This document shows positions 51,301 through 63,447 of a DNA stretch of 64,000 nt, one piece after another. Within the stretch, counting starts at the first letter, position 1; each line of letters starts with the position of its first letter. The notes below the pieces were generated by a model, which saw only the letters and a program-made list of their open reading frames with translations, was not told the DNA's origin and made no database searches. The stretch comes from Macrostomum lignano (taxonomy: Eukaryota). The DNA is taken from positions 124,001 through 188,000 of the forward strand of contig NIVC01000995.1 of NCBI GenBank assembly GCA_002269645.1. Direction: 5' to 3'. Position numbers and translations under genes: made by a program.

Positions 51301-53188
51301 TTAATTAGAGAGACTCGTTAGAGAGACTCATTAGACAGATTCGTTAGAGAGACTCATTAGAGAGAATCATTAGAGAGACTCATTAGAGAGACTCATTAGA
51401 CAGATTCGTTAGAGAGACTCATTAGAGAGAATCATTAGAGAGACTCATTAGAGAGACTCATTAGACAGATTCGTTAGAGAGACTCATTAGAGAAACTCAT
51501 TAGAGAGAGACCCATTAGAGAGACTCATTAGAGAGACTCATTAGAGAGACCCATTAGAGAGACTCATTAGAGAGACTCATTAGAGAGACTCATTAGAGAG
51601 ACCCATTAGGGAGACTCATTAGAGAGACCCATTAGAGAGACTCATTAAAGAGACTCATTCTCTCACAATGTTGCAGCTCTACCAATGCTACTGTGAGTAA
51701 TAAAATCAAACTTTTCCCCCTTGTCACTCAAGCGACGGCATGATATCGAAAGTGGAGCTGAAGAACTACTTCCTTAGGGCGAACTCGCAGGCCCTGAAGA
51801 GCAGCTTCAAGCACGACTTCCACGAGACATCCTACTTTAAGCCGACCTTCTGCGACCGCTGCGCCGGCCTGCTGTGGGGCCTCATCAAGCAGGGCTGGAA
51901 GTGCCGGGACTGCGGCATCAACGTGCACAAGCACTGCAAGGACACCGTGGTCATGGAGTGCCGGCGGCAGGCCGCGTCCACCGCTGCCGGTCACGGCCGC
52001 TGCGCAGACAGCGGAACTTCGTCTGGTGCGGCCAGCGGAGTCCTTTGACTTTTGTTAACTGGCCTGACCGTGTCAACCGAGTGACCAGAATTACCAAATG
52101 ACCAGAATCATCAGAATCACCAGAATGACCCGAGTGACCGGAATGACCTGAGTGACCAGAATGACCTGAGTGACCAGAATGACCCGAGTGACCAGAATGA
52201 CCTGAGTGACCAGAATGACCCGAGTGACCAGAATCACCAGAATCACCACAATGACTCGAGTGACCAAAATTACCAAGTGGTCAGTATGACTTGAGTTACC
52301 AAAATTACCAAGTGGTCTGAATGACCGAGTGACCAGAATCACCAGAATCACCAGAATGTCCCAAGTGACCAGGATGACCCGAGTGACCAGAATGAACCGA
52401 GGCCAAAATGACCCGAATGACCAGAGTGACCAGAATGACCAGAATTTCCAGAGTGACCAGAACGACAAAAATGACAGATTTTACAAATGATCCAAAAGAC
52501 AGGTGCAGGAGCGACCTAAACGACCGAAGTGATTGAACTCAAGCCACAGTAACCAGTGTGACAAAAATAGCCAATTATCTGAACTGCTAGACTGCTAGCC
52601 GCTACCCAAGCCCACTCAACATTCAGCAGTCCTGTCTTGCACGAGGCCATCGCCCAATCTGAAGTAAGAACGAATCCTCGTTTAACGACATCCTTAGGCT
52701 GCAGCGCTCCGGTCAGCTGTTCGACCTCGGTTTCCGGCGTTTCGACTGCGTGTTCGCAAGCTGACGGCCTGTCGGCAGCGGCCGCCGCCTCCGACAGTCA
52801 ACAGCCGACGAGGCGAAGATCGATGGCGGAGCAGGCAGTGCAGACGGAACTCACTGCCAGCGCTGCTGACGGCTGCCGCTGGCTCGGCAACGACGAAGCT
52901 GAGAAGCTGGCGCAGGTGAGGGACCGGCTGCTGAATGAGAATAGTTTGAAATTTAAGCAACTTTGAGTCAGCTGTGTGACCCAATCCTGACCCTCTGTGA
53001 CCATATCCTGCACGCAGGAGAATGACCAACTGCGCGAGGAGACGACACAGCTGCGCCAGCAAGCTCAGAGCCAGGCCGCCAGCATTGCCAGCCTGAGATC
53101 GCAGATGTTCAGCATGCGGCAGCAGACTTTGAACTTCATCATGCGACAGATGGACGCGCTGGAGATTCAGCGGAATTCCGAAGTTTAG
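39317..53188 (+). CDS. RASGRP: Ras guanyl-releasing protein (REM, CDC25 GEF, 2 EF-hands, C1, coiled coil)
   Basis: Exons 39317-39468, 41781-41881, 41972-42131, 42390-42521, 43130-43280, 44013-44186, 44976-45092, 45857-45954, 46389-46575, 47107-47184, 49199-49300, 49384-49499, 51733-~52025, ~52698-52915, 53018-53188. Motifs: LVFNQLEPEQLAAQLTVLEFKVFRRI, NGLSQWVQCMILS, NYNSLMSVIGGL, KIPILAVHLKDL, YTEDDIYEVSLLREPR, C1 HDFHETSYFKPTFCDRCAGLLWGLIKQGWKCRDCGINVHKHC. The first exon and the exon 13/14 junction are less certain. Confidence 0.92.
39490..39965. repeat. Compound array: 24-bp ATGATCAGACTGGGAACTGGCTGT switching to 20-bp CCAGACTCAGAGCTTTATGA
   Basis: Switch near 39800. Confidence 0.9.
40440..40820. 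repeat. 20-bp minisatellite CTCTGTCACTCAGAATGCCA
   Basis: About 19 units. Confidence 0.93.
41385..41757. repeat. 25-bp minisatellite GAGATCTGAGTGAGATCTGCTCAAT
   Basis: About 15 units ending ~25 bp before an acceptor. Confidence 0.93.
42160..42328. repeat. 9-bp repeat GGGACCTTC
   Basis: Fills most of the GC-AG intron of RASGRP. Confidence 0.92.
43283..43810. repeat. 40-bp G-rich minisatellite CTCTGATTGGCTGGGGAGTTTTTAGCTGGGTTGGGGTTAG
   Basis: About 13 units starting at the donor site. Confidence 0.93.
44250..44950. repeat. 28-bp minisatellite ACACGTGATTATCGAACAGGGTGATTAG
   Basis: About 25 units. Confidence 0.9.
45190..45810. repeat. 23-bp minisatellite GATTAGACATCGGAATAGATTAT
   Basis: Homogeneous core 45360-45600, degenerate flanks. 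Confidence 0.88.
46195..46346 (-). mobile_element. SINE, copy 2 of the same family (RASGRP intron)
   Basis: Shares GGCTGTTCAGTCTAAGGAC, CCCATTTTACAGCTGGGTGAACTGAAG and GAATCGAACCCCC with 30226-30443. Confidence 0.72.
47925..49125. repeat. 60-bp C-rich minisatellite
   Basis: 20 near-identical units of exactly 60 bp. Confidence 0.96.
49552..49880. repeat. 44-bp minisatellite GAGTGACTCAATGTGAGCAGACAGGTGCTCTGACTGATACTGAG
   Basis: About 7 units, each with TGACTCA. Confidence 0.92.
50672..51660. repeat. 13-bp minisatellite GAGAGACTCATTA
   Basis: About 75 units. Confidence 0.95.
52065..52490. repeat. 9/18-bp minisatellite GACCAGAATGACCCGAGT
   Basis: Direct inspection. Confidence 0.88.
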
Positions 53189-53321
53189 ACAGTGTGATTT
53201 TGCCGGCAGCAGTTGCGAGACATTGAGAGAGAGAGAGAGATGCGTTCGCGCACTTTATCCGGTAGTTAGGGCTTTTAATGCTGTACATTTTTACCCTAGA
53301 TTGGGAAATCAAAGGTATGTA

Positions 53322-53575
53322 CACTTTGCAGTCACGTGACTCCTTCCATACATTTCTGCCCTAGATATAATAAGCTGGTCTACTTTGCAGTCACGTGACT
53401 CCTTGCGTACACTTCTGCTCTAGATATAATAAGCTGGTCTACTTTGCAGTCACGTGACTCCTTCCATACATTTCTGCCCTAGATATAATAAGCTGGTCTA
53501 CTTTGCAGTCACGTGACTCCTTGCGTACACTTCTGCTCTAGATAGAATAAGCTGATCCACTTTGCACGTGACTCC
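53322..53575. repeat. 59-bp tandem repeat (alternating A/B units), each carrying AGTCACGTGACT
   Basis: 4 full palindromes plus 1 partial. Confidence 0.92.
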
Positions 53576-54304
53576 TCTCGGAAGAAGTTTGTGATTGGAT
53601 AAGCTGACAAAAACCACCACTGTTCCCATGATGTGACAATCAATTTCCCCTTGTTCTCTGATTGAATTTTGAAAACAATACAAAGTGACATATTTTTCTG
53701 AACATTAATAATTAACCACAAAGTAAATTTGCGTGCAACTACAAAAGCAACACAGAGGCAAAAACACAGTGCGACTTAGTAATACCGAGGTTCCATATAT
53801 ATTAGCTGATAGAATATCTATGAAAATGGACGCATGCGACATGACAATTCTGAACGTTTTAAAAGTACAACATCTGCACACATTGCGACCAAAGCTGAGT
53901 AATTCCATTTATAATTATTACAGACCAGATCCAAGAGAGAAAAACTATGCATTTTATAATATGAGCTGCTCGCTCGAAAAATTCGAATTTTATCAATTAT
54001 TAAAATAGAAACGAAAGTATTTGATTTGATAAGAAACACAAAAAATTGCCGACTTATAAAACCCCATCGATGGATGGTGACGAACTGACACAACAGCGGG
54101 AACTCCTGTCCGGTAAAAGCGAACAAAACGACCGATATTTCTATATCTCTGCAGTGGATTTTATTATAAAGATGTGCATTTATACTGCTTTCAGTAGGCT
54201 ACGAAAAAAAAATAAAGCTAAAAATAATACAAAATATTTCGTAGTTTTTTAAAATCTATGAAGAGCCACGCCAATGCGGCGTTGGATTAGCGGAGATTCG
54301 AGAC

Positions 54305-54690
54305 AGAGTGACAAGTAAGGGAGTGACAAGTAAGGGAGTGACAAGTAAGGGAGTGACAAGTAGGGGAGTGACAAGTAAGGGAGAGACAAGTAAGGGAGTG
54401 ACAAGTAAGGGAGAGACAAGTAAGGGAGTGACAAGTAAGGGAGTGAGTGACAAGTAAGGGAGAGACAAGTAAGGGAGTGACAAGTAAGGGAGTGAGTGAC
54501 AAGTAAGGGAGAGACAAGTAAGGGAGTGACAAGTAAGGGAGAGACAAGTAAGGGAGTGACAAGTAAGGGAGTGAGTGACAAGTAAGGGAGAGACAAGTAA
54601 GGGAGTGACAAGTAAGGGAGTGACTAGAAATGGAGTGACAAGTAAGGGAGATACAAGTAAGGGAGTGACAAGTGGGGGAATGACAAGTAA
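54305..54690. repeat. 15-bp minisatellite GAGTGACAAGTAAGG
   Basis: About 24 units. Confidence 0.92.
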
Positions 54691-55409
54691 ATTGTTAAGA
54701 GGTCAGATGGTAAAACGTCAATCCAGGGTGTGATAAGTAAAGACACGAAAAGTCAGAAGGTGAGAAGTAAGGTAGTGACAACTTGTCAACTGACTTGACA
54801 ACTGACAAGTCTGCGTTGACAAGTTAAGGGGTACGAGGCCAAGACAGATTAACACCAGACCAGATTTAAATAAGGTATAACCTAAGGTAAACTCAGGTGA
54901 ACCGAAAGACGAACCCGACAGGGTGACAAGACCGAGAGGACAGAGTGAAAGAGTGAAAGCAGTAGAAGGCCAGAGTGCTGGGACGGAGTGACAGGCTGCA
55001 GTGACGAAATAGTGTCCAGACAGTGCAAGAAAAATGATTAGAAGAGCAGAAATCTTCTAGGAGACAGGTCTCGGCCAGGTACTACCTCATTCACAAGCGT
55101 TCTTCTCACCCGAGGCCAGAAAGACTGTACTGGATTGTTTCCGCAGACGATATTGATTGATGCCTCACCGAGGACAAAACACAAGATCACATTGCGAAAA
55201 CTGATTCATTTACAAGGCATGACTTCGCTACGTTAGGTTTAAAGATTCAGTACCATGACAACTGACAGTGCAATTATGAAATTGTATGAATTCAATTTGC
55301 TATTAATTGACAGCTAACTTAAGAGGACACTGCACTCGCATATCGTGTCAACGGGGGTGGGGGTGGGGGTTTACAATTTATTAAATCTTTTAACAGTTCC
55401 TTAATTTGG

Positions 55410-55858
55410 CACAGATTCTAAAATAACTAGATGGGCCACTCAGGCATATATACTTAGTAAAACAGCTTTCTACTTTCCGTTCAGTAGCAAAGAAGAATGC
55501 ATAAGCTATTTTAAAAAAATAAAGGCAGCTGAAATGACTTTGATAAGTTTAGAAGCCCAAGCTTGCAGGCGTAAACAACTTGCTAATTGGTTCAGCTATA
55601 ATGTACATTAGCCAGTCCACTGAAATGTACATGGCCGCTTTCGACTGGAATTCCGAGAAAGGCAATAAAAATTGGGCCGGGGCGAGGGGGTAGTCTGGAA
55701 AGGCGCGGTTGAAGGGTTTAAGCTGGAGGGTAAGAGCCAATAAATGAGCCTTGGCTTTAAAAATACATTAAAATGCTTCTGTTTAACTTACTACTGAACT
55801 GAAAGTAGCTTACACGCAAATGTACTGAGTGACCCATCTAGTTATTCTATTATCGGTG
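55410..55858. mobile_element. 449-bp MITE-like element with 32-bp TIRs, no TSD seen
   Basis: CACAGATTCTAAAATAACTAGATGGGCCACTC vs the reverse complement of 55827-55858, 27/32 match; a related terminus occurs at 10763-10794. Confidence 0.7.
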
Positions 55859-56250
55859 TTACATGTAATTGGCAAAAGTTCTACTTCTGAGCTTCCCGAA
55901 TTGATGTATAATTTCAGTCAATTTCCGCGGGGGGGTTGTCCGTGCAATTCACACCCATGTATGTCAACCCCAAAGGCACAGAGAGTGTACATGCCTGACG
56001 ATTAGAAAGTCAGAGGGCCGCTGTACACCCTGTGTGAGCGTGTGTGTGAGTGCGTGGCTGTGTACAGTGTTGGTGCGCTTGTATGCTCTCAGGAGTCAGC
56101 GGAATGGATGGGCAGAATCCCACAGGCCCCTCCTGCTAATGTATTATTTATTAAAGCGCACGACTTGCGAGTGTAGCGTCTGTCTGCTCTTGTTTTCCAT
56201 CATAAATACTCAAAGTCTGAGTCCAGCCGGGCATCCGAGGTGCAAGCTGC

Positions 56251-58194
56251 TCACTTTCCCACCCGACCGACTGAGGGCTGCTGCTGCTGCTGCTGCGGCG
56301 GCTCGATGGGTTGAAAGCCGCGCATCTCGCTGTTAATCCGGTCCCGCTCCATCAGGTACTCGCCCTCCGAGCAGCTGCCCAGGGCCGAGCTGCGCCCGCT
56401 CTTGGCCTGGGGGAACACCGCACGCTCGATTACTGCAAGGTTGTAGCGGGGTTCGGACACGTTCGGGATTTGGACACATTTAAGATTTGGAGACTCAGGA
56501 TTCGGACACACTCTGGATTCGGACACATCAGGATTCAGACACACTCTGGATTCGAACACACTTGGGATTCGGACACACTTGGGATTCGGACACACTCGAG
56601 ATTCGGACACATTTGGATACACTCGGAATTCGGACACATTCGGGATTCGGACACACTCAGGATTCGAAAAACTCGGGATTCGGACACATTAGGATTCGGA
56701 CACATTAGGATTCGGACACATTAGGATTCGGACACATTAGGATTCGGACACATTAGGATTCGGACACATTGGGATTCGGACACATCCGACATTCGGACAC
56801 ACTCAGGATTCGGACACACTTGGGATTCGGACACACTCGGGATTCAGATAAACTCGGGATTCGGATCAACTGGGACACTCACTAGAAAGCTGGTACTGCA
56901 CAGCCTGCAGGTTGTACAGGCAGGAGTGCAGGCTGTCCTGCAGCTGACTCCTGTGCTGCTGCTGCCTGTCGGGGCTGCGCTGCTGCAGCATCGGCAGATC
57001 GTCGGTGGGACTGGGCGTCCGGCTCAGATGGCGGCTGCGGCGCAGCTTAGAAAGCAGTTCGTCGGAGCAGCGGCGCAGCTTGCAGGACATCTGCAGAAGG
57101 CTCGCAGCCAGTACGGAGTCGTAAGCCGCGCCGCTGTCGGCTGCGGCGGCGGCAGCGGCGGCAGCGGAAGAGGGCGACGCGGAGGCAAGAAAAGCTGCGG
57201 AGCGGCTTCGGTGGTTACCAAGAGTGGCGGCTGAAGGTGACTGACAGCAGTGCACTGGGGAAAAGGCGGAATGCCGGCCGGAGATCGCGTTAAAGTCCTG
57301 CGGTTGATAGGCGGGGTAAGACTGGTCAACGGAAAGACTGTGTTGCCTGCTTGCTCGAACAAGACTTAAGCACCACTCTAGCCAACTCACTCCCCTGCCG
57401 CACCCATCCCAGTCCGACAGCTAACTCACTCCCCTGCGGCACCTATCCCAGTCCGACAGCTACCTCACTCCCCTGCCGCACCCATCCCAGTCCGACAGCT
57501 ACCTCACTCCCCTGCCACACCCACCCCAGTCCGACAGCTACCTCACTCCCCTGCCGCACCCATCCCAGTCCGACAGCCACCTCACTCCCTGCCGCACCCA
57601 TCCCAGTCCGACAGCCACCTCACTCCCTGCCGCACCCATCCCAGTCCGACAGCTACCTCACTCCCCTGCCGCACCCACACCAGTCCGACAGCCACCTCAC
57701 TCCCCTGCCGCACCCACACCAGTCCGACAGCCACCTCACTCCCTGTCGGTCTCTAGGAATTTGCAAACGCGACTTACCTCGTGCCTAGTCAGGCGGTCCA
57801 GGTCTCTGCTGAGCTCTGAGCCGGAGCCGAACCTGGTCTGGTGGGCCAGCAGCTGCCGCGCAAGCAGGTCCTCGCTAGAGGCGCCCTGCTGCTGGTAGCG
57901 CATGCTGGCCTCGTGCAGGCTTAGCGGCCTGTTGGAGCCACTGGAAACTCCGCCGAAACCCCGGGCCTCCTGAGCGTGCTGCCTCTGTTGATGCTTGCCG
58001 CGCTGAAGCAACATTAACTGCTGCTGCTGTTGCTGTTGCTGCTGCTGAGAGTAGCCGCAGGCTGCATGTCTTGAAGCCTGATTAGGCACCTGAGACGCCT
58101 TCAGAGAGTGCCGGCCGTACTCAAACCGCACCGGTTCGCTGGAGCTTCCGCCGCTGACGCTTCTCAACCGCTGTGCTTGTTGTTGTTGTTGTTG

Positions 58195-58238
<44 letters not shown>

Positions 58239-60340
58239 CGGAAGTCAGGCCTGAGGTGCTGCCCCGAAGCGTGGAGAGCCGGGACCTGATCCCGCCGCCG
58301 CGGGGAGGCGGCACAGTGTCGTAGGGATTCGCGCACTCCTCGGCGAGGGCGTCGACAACGGCGGATGGCAGCGAGCCGCGCTTCTTCCCCACTGGGTGCT
58401 GGTGCTGCAGGTGGTGCTGGTAGCCGCGGTACGTCGCTTGCGGAGAAATCGCGGCATCTTCGGAATCGTCCGACGAAATTTCGTCGTCAGCAGTGGCAGC
58501 CGACGCCGCTGAAGCGGCGGCCGCGGCAGCAGCAGCAGCAGCAGCAGCGGACTCCTCATCGTCTGCGTAAGGAATGTCGAGGGCGCTGCGGGCCAGGCGG
58601 GCCTCCATGTCGTGCAGCAGTGCCGCCGTGTCGTGCAGGAGACAGGCGGTGTCCATGCCGGCGGCCGCGGCGGCGCCCGAGCCGAAAGCGTCGTCCTGCC
58701 TGAGCCGGAAGGACACCATGCTCTGACTCATGATGGCCGCGGCTGCGGCGGCGGCGGCGGCTGACGCTGTGCTCTCTGTGCCGGACGCTGATGGCTTCGA
58801 CTGAGCAATGGCGTCGGCGGCGGAGCTGGAGGAATCGGTGGCCGCCGCCTTCGACTTGGCAGCCACTGCTGCCGCTGACGTCACCGAGTGAAAATTTCTG
58901 TAGCCGAGCTCGTTCAGCTGCGAGTCTGAGGCGAGCATGCGCCTGGTGTCCTGCATTTGCTGCTGCTGTTGCCTGCTGTACTGCTGCTGCTGCTGCTCCC
59001 TGTCTTGCTGGCCACTTTTCTTCTTCTGGTCGCGTCTGGGCGACGAGTCTAAATGGCAAAATGTAGGGTGTAGGTACGCTTTTTGGTGTCTGCTGGTTTT
59101 CTAGTGTGTCTGGCTTGCCAAGATGCAAGCTTTTTTAGTATCTGTTTCGCCAAGTTTCGAGCTGGTCAAGTTTCGGGTTGGTCAAGTTTCGGGTTGGTCA
59201 AGTTTCGGGTTGGTCAAGTTTCGGGTTGGTCAAGTTTCGGGTTGGTCAAGTTTTGGGTTGGTCAAGTTTCGGGTTGGTCAAGTTTCGGGTTGGTCAAGTT
59301 TCGGGTTGGTCAAGTTTCGGGTTGGTCAAGTTTCGGGTTGGTCAAGTTTCGGGTTGGTCAAGTTTTGGGTTGGTCAAGTTTCGGGTTGGTCAAGTTTCGG
59401 GTTGGTCAAGTTTCGGGTTGGTCAAGTTTCGGGTTGGTCAAGTTTCGGGTTGGTCAAGTTTCGGGTTGGTCAAGTTTTGGGTTGGTCAAGTTTCGGGTTG
59501 GTCAAGTTTCGGGTTGGTCAAGTTTCGGGTTAGTCAAGTTTCGGGTCGGTCAAGTTTCGGGTTGGTCAAGTTTCGGGTCGGTCAAGTTTCGGGCTGGTCA
59601 AGTTTCTACTTGTCAAGCATGGAATTTGTCTAATTTTAGACTCATGTAAATGCAAAGTTCAGTAGGGGCAGATTTTCTCTGGCCTCGTGCTCTCTCTCCG
59701 AAGTGAACTAATTTTAGAAAAACCTTGGTTGAGCAGGGGAAGCGACTGAGTGCGAGGCGCAGATCTCATCCAACTCAACACCCGAGATGAAACAAAAATC
59801 GAGAAGAAGCAGACCCATCGCTTGATGAGGCTCCCTTGCTGATCTGCTTTTTTATATAAAAAAACAGCAGCCTACTCAAGAGAAGCAGACAGTCGGGTAA
59901 GGCTATTGCTATTCTCAAAATCTTCTCAGCCCAGAACTGCTCAAATCAATTGTACTATTAATATTGAAAAAACACTGTTGTTCCCTCAATGCTCTCGCAC
60001 CGTTCTGCCCCAGTACTACAGGAAGAGATGGCGACGTTGACAAGACAGGAAAGAGGACTGACTGCTGGAGCAGACACGATTGTCTGGTTGGACTGGCTGT
60101 CGGATTTGACTTTTTCCTTCTACTCTCTCTCTGGCCCTCTCTCTCTCTCTCTGTACGTGGCTCACCTGAACTGGACTTTGAGCTTCTCTGGCTCGGTTGC
60201 GACACGTTCAGATAGCCGTTGTTGCTGGCCGCAGGCTGGAATGCCATGCCGCCTGCGCCGCCACCGCCTCCGCCGTCTCCGGGACCGTCCATCACGTCTG
60301 ACATCCACTTAGGACTGGTGCTGGTCTTCAGCTCGAGCTC
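56251..60340 (-). CDS. Unidentified low-complexity Gln/Ala/Ser-rich protein, convergent with RASGRP
   Basis: Exons 60166-60340, 57778-59048, 56883-57321, 56251-56432 join with consistent phases (1, 0, 1) across GT-AG introns, three of which contain minisatellite arrays. The true start (ATG at 60304 or an upstream exon) and the last exon are uncertain. Confidence 0.7.
56455..56865. repeat. 16-bp minisatellite GGATTCGGACACATTA variants
   Basis: Intronic. Confidence 0.9.
57378..57745. repeat. 39-bp minisatellite CCCAGTCCGACAGCTACCTCACTCCCCTGCCGCACCCAT
   Basis: About 9 units, intronic. Confidence 0.92.
59163..59605. repeat. 16-bp minisatellite GGTCAAGTTTCGGGTT
   Basis: About 27 units, intronic. 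Confidence 0.95.
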
Positions 60341-60397
60341 CTGCGGTGCGACGGAGGAGGGTTTGGATTGATGAGGTTAAGAGTGTAGAGCGAGGGA

Positions 60398-60980
60398 GTG
60401 AGAGACTTGAGTGATGGGGGTGAGAGACTGGAGTGATGGGGGTGAGAGACTGGAGTGATGGGGGTGAGAGACTGGAGTGATGGGGGTGAGAGACTGGAGT
60501 GATGGGGTGAGAGACTGGAGTGATGGGGGTGAGAGACTGGAGTGATGTGGGTGAGAGACTGGAGTGATGGGGTGAGAGACTGGAGTGGTGGGGTGAGAGA
60601 CTAAAGTGATGGGGTGAGAGACTGGAGTGATGGGGGTGAGAGACTGGAGTGATGGGGGTGAGAGACTGGAGTGATGGGGTGAGAGACTGGAGTGCTGGGG
60701 TGAGAGACTGGAGTGATGGGGTGAGAGACTGGAGTGATGGAGTGAGAGACTGGAGTGGTGGGTGAGAGACTAAGTGATGGGGTGAGAGACTGGAGTGGTG
60801 GGGTGAGAGACTGTAGTGGTGGGTTAGAGACTGGAGTGGTGGGGTGAGAGACTGTAGTGGTGGGTTAGAGACTGGAGTGGTGGGGTGAGAGACTGTAGTG
60901 GTGGGTTAGAGACTGGAGTGGTGGGGTGAGAGACTGGATGGGGTGAGAGACTTGGGTGACGGAGTGAGATACTGGAGTGA
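60398..60980. repeat. 21-22-bp minisatellite GAGAGACTGGAGTGATGGGGGT
   Basis: Direct inspection. Confidence 0.92.
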
Positions 60981-61461
60981 GAGCAAACGGGCCGTCAGGG
61001 CAGTGTAATTTTCGGTCTGAATGCTTGCTCAGGTTGCTGAGGCCAAACGGTTATTCGCAACAGACCGAGCAGCTGGAGTTTGTCGATATTTCATCAAAAC
61101 ACGGCCGCCCGCCGCCCCCCCCCCCGAGTCCCGAGCCAAAGAGAATTGCCGGGGGGGGGGGGCGAGTGGCGCCATCTGCCCGCTTGGCCGCCCCTCCCTG
61201 CCGGGGCATCGGATGGCCTGCCTGAGTCTGGGCGGTACGTGAGGCGAGTGACTTGAGCAGAGAGAGGCGGAGAGTGACTTGAGCAGAGCAGGGCGGCGCA
61301 CACGATAAGGACAAATTAAGTTGGCAGAAATTGGGACAAAAACGGCTTGGGAAAAAGCTGGCTGGCTAAGTAAGCCTTCTGTATCCCAAAAATCGGTCAC
61401 ATCTCTGGCATGGAAGCTGAGCTGTAAGAAAAACTAACAGATGAAGAACTAGAAATTAGCA

Positions 61462-61820
<359 letters not shown>

Positions 61821-62271
61821 GCCCTGGGAGGCCCTGGTGAGGAAATGTGATTCAAGATTAGCATTTTGCTAAGCCAACACAGGCAGCGGAGATGAGTTCA
61901 GGGAGGCCCTGGCGAAGAAGCAGAAGGGATGCCTCGCATCAGCCTCTGTATGCCGATTTCCTGTTTTCCCCTTCTCTCTTTCCCCATTTCATTCGCTTTC
62001 TCTTCTCCTAGCCTGCAAATCGGAATTCCCAGACGCGTCTTTGAATTGATCTTCTCCCAAATCCAGTCTGGAATTCCGGGCTCGAGTCCTGAACGCGCCT
62101 TACATTTCCTTTTCTAAATTTTTGCAAATCATCTTTTTTTTCGATTTTTCACCGAAGCCGGTTCGGCGCACCCCCCCCCCCAACCCCAGGTCACTGATGA
62201 GGTAATTGAAAATCGTTTTGAAAAAAAAAATCGGATTAAAAATTCTTTTAAGGAAGACATGAAAAGATATG

Positions 62272-63447
62272 AGAGAGACAGAGCACGAGACACAAGGTGG
62301 GGAGACAGAGAGAGAGCGGGAAACACAAGGTGGGAGACAGAGAGAGCGGGAGACACAAGGTGGAAGACAGAGAGAGAGAGCGGGAAACACAAGGTGGGAG
62401 ACAGAGAGAGAGGGAGACACAAGGTGGGAGACAGAGAGAGAGAGAGCGGGAGACACAAGGTGGGAGACAGAGAGAGAGGGAGACACAAGGGGGGAGACAG
62501 AGAGAGAGCGGGAGACACAAGGTGGGAGACAGAGAGAGAGAGAGCGGGAGACACAAGGTGGGAGACAGAGAGAGAGGGAGACACAAGGTGGGAGACAGAG
62601 AGAGAGAGAGCGGGAGACACAAGGTGGGAGATAGAGAGAGAGGGAGACACAAGGTGGGAGACAGAGAGAGAGCGGGAGACACAAGGTGGGAGACAGAGAG
62701 AGAGGGAGACACAAGGTGGGGAGACAGAGAGAGCGGGAGACACAAGGTGGGGAGACAGAGAGAGAGGGAGACACAAGGTGGGGAGACAGAGAGAGCGGGA
62801 GACACAAGGTGGGAGACAGAGAGAGAGAGCGGCAGACACAAGGTGGGAGACAGAGAGAGAGGGAGACACAAGGTGGGAGACAGAGAGAGAGAGAGAGAGA
62901 GAGGGAGACACAAGGTGGGGAGACAGAGAGAGCGGGAGACACAAAGTGGGGAGACAGAGAGAGCGGGAGACACGAGGTGGGAGACAGAGAGAGAGAGCTG
63001 GAGACACAAGGTGGGGAGACAGAGAGAGCGGGAGACACAAGGTGGGAGACAGAGAGAGAGGGAGACACAAGGTGGGGAGACAGAGAGAGAGGGAGACACA
63101 AGGTGGGGAGACAGAGAGAGCGGGGGACACAAGGTGGGGAGACAGAGAGAGAGGGAGACACAAGGTGGGGAGACAGAGAGAGAGGGAGACACAAGGTGGG
63201 GAGACAGAGAGAGAGGGAGACACAAGGTGGGGAGACAGAGAGAGAGGGAGACACAAGGTGGGGAGACAGAGAGAGAGGGAGACACAAGGTGGGGAGACAG
63301 AGAGAGCGGGAGACACAAGGTGGGGAGACAGAGAGAGAGGGAGACACAAGGTGGGGAGACAGAGAGAGAGGGAGACACAAGGTGGGGAGACAGAGAGAGC
63401 GGGAGACACAAGGTGGGGAGACAGAGAGAGCGGGAGACACAAAGACA
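62272..63447. repeat. ~30-34-bp purine-rich minisatellite GGGAGACACAAGGTGGGGAGACAGAGAGAG
   Basis: About 37 units with variable (GA)n. Confidence 0.93.

Noticed and set aside
55990-56010. CTGACGA-TTA-GAAA hammerhead-like core
   Set aside because: No stem II or III, and GAAA is absent in the sister copy at ~8505
59848-59864. Palindromic TTTTTTATATAAAAAA as an internal TATA promoter
   Set aside because: No supporting initiator or exon structure that I could establish
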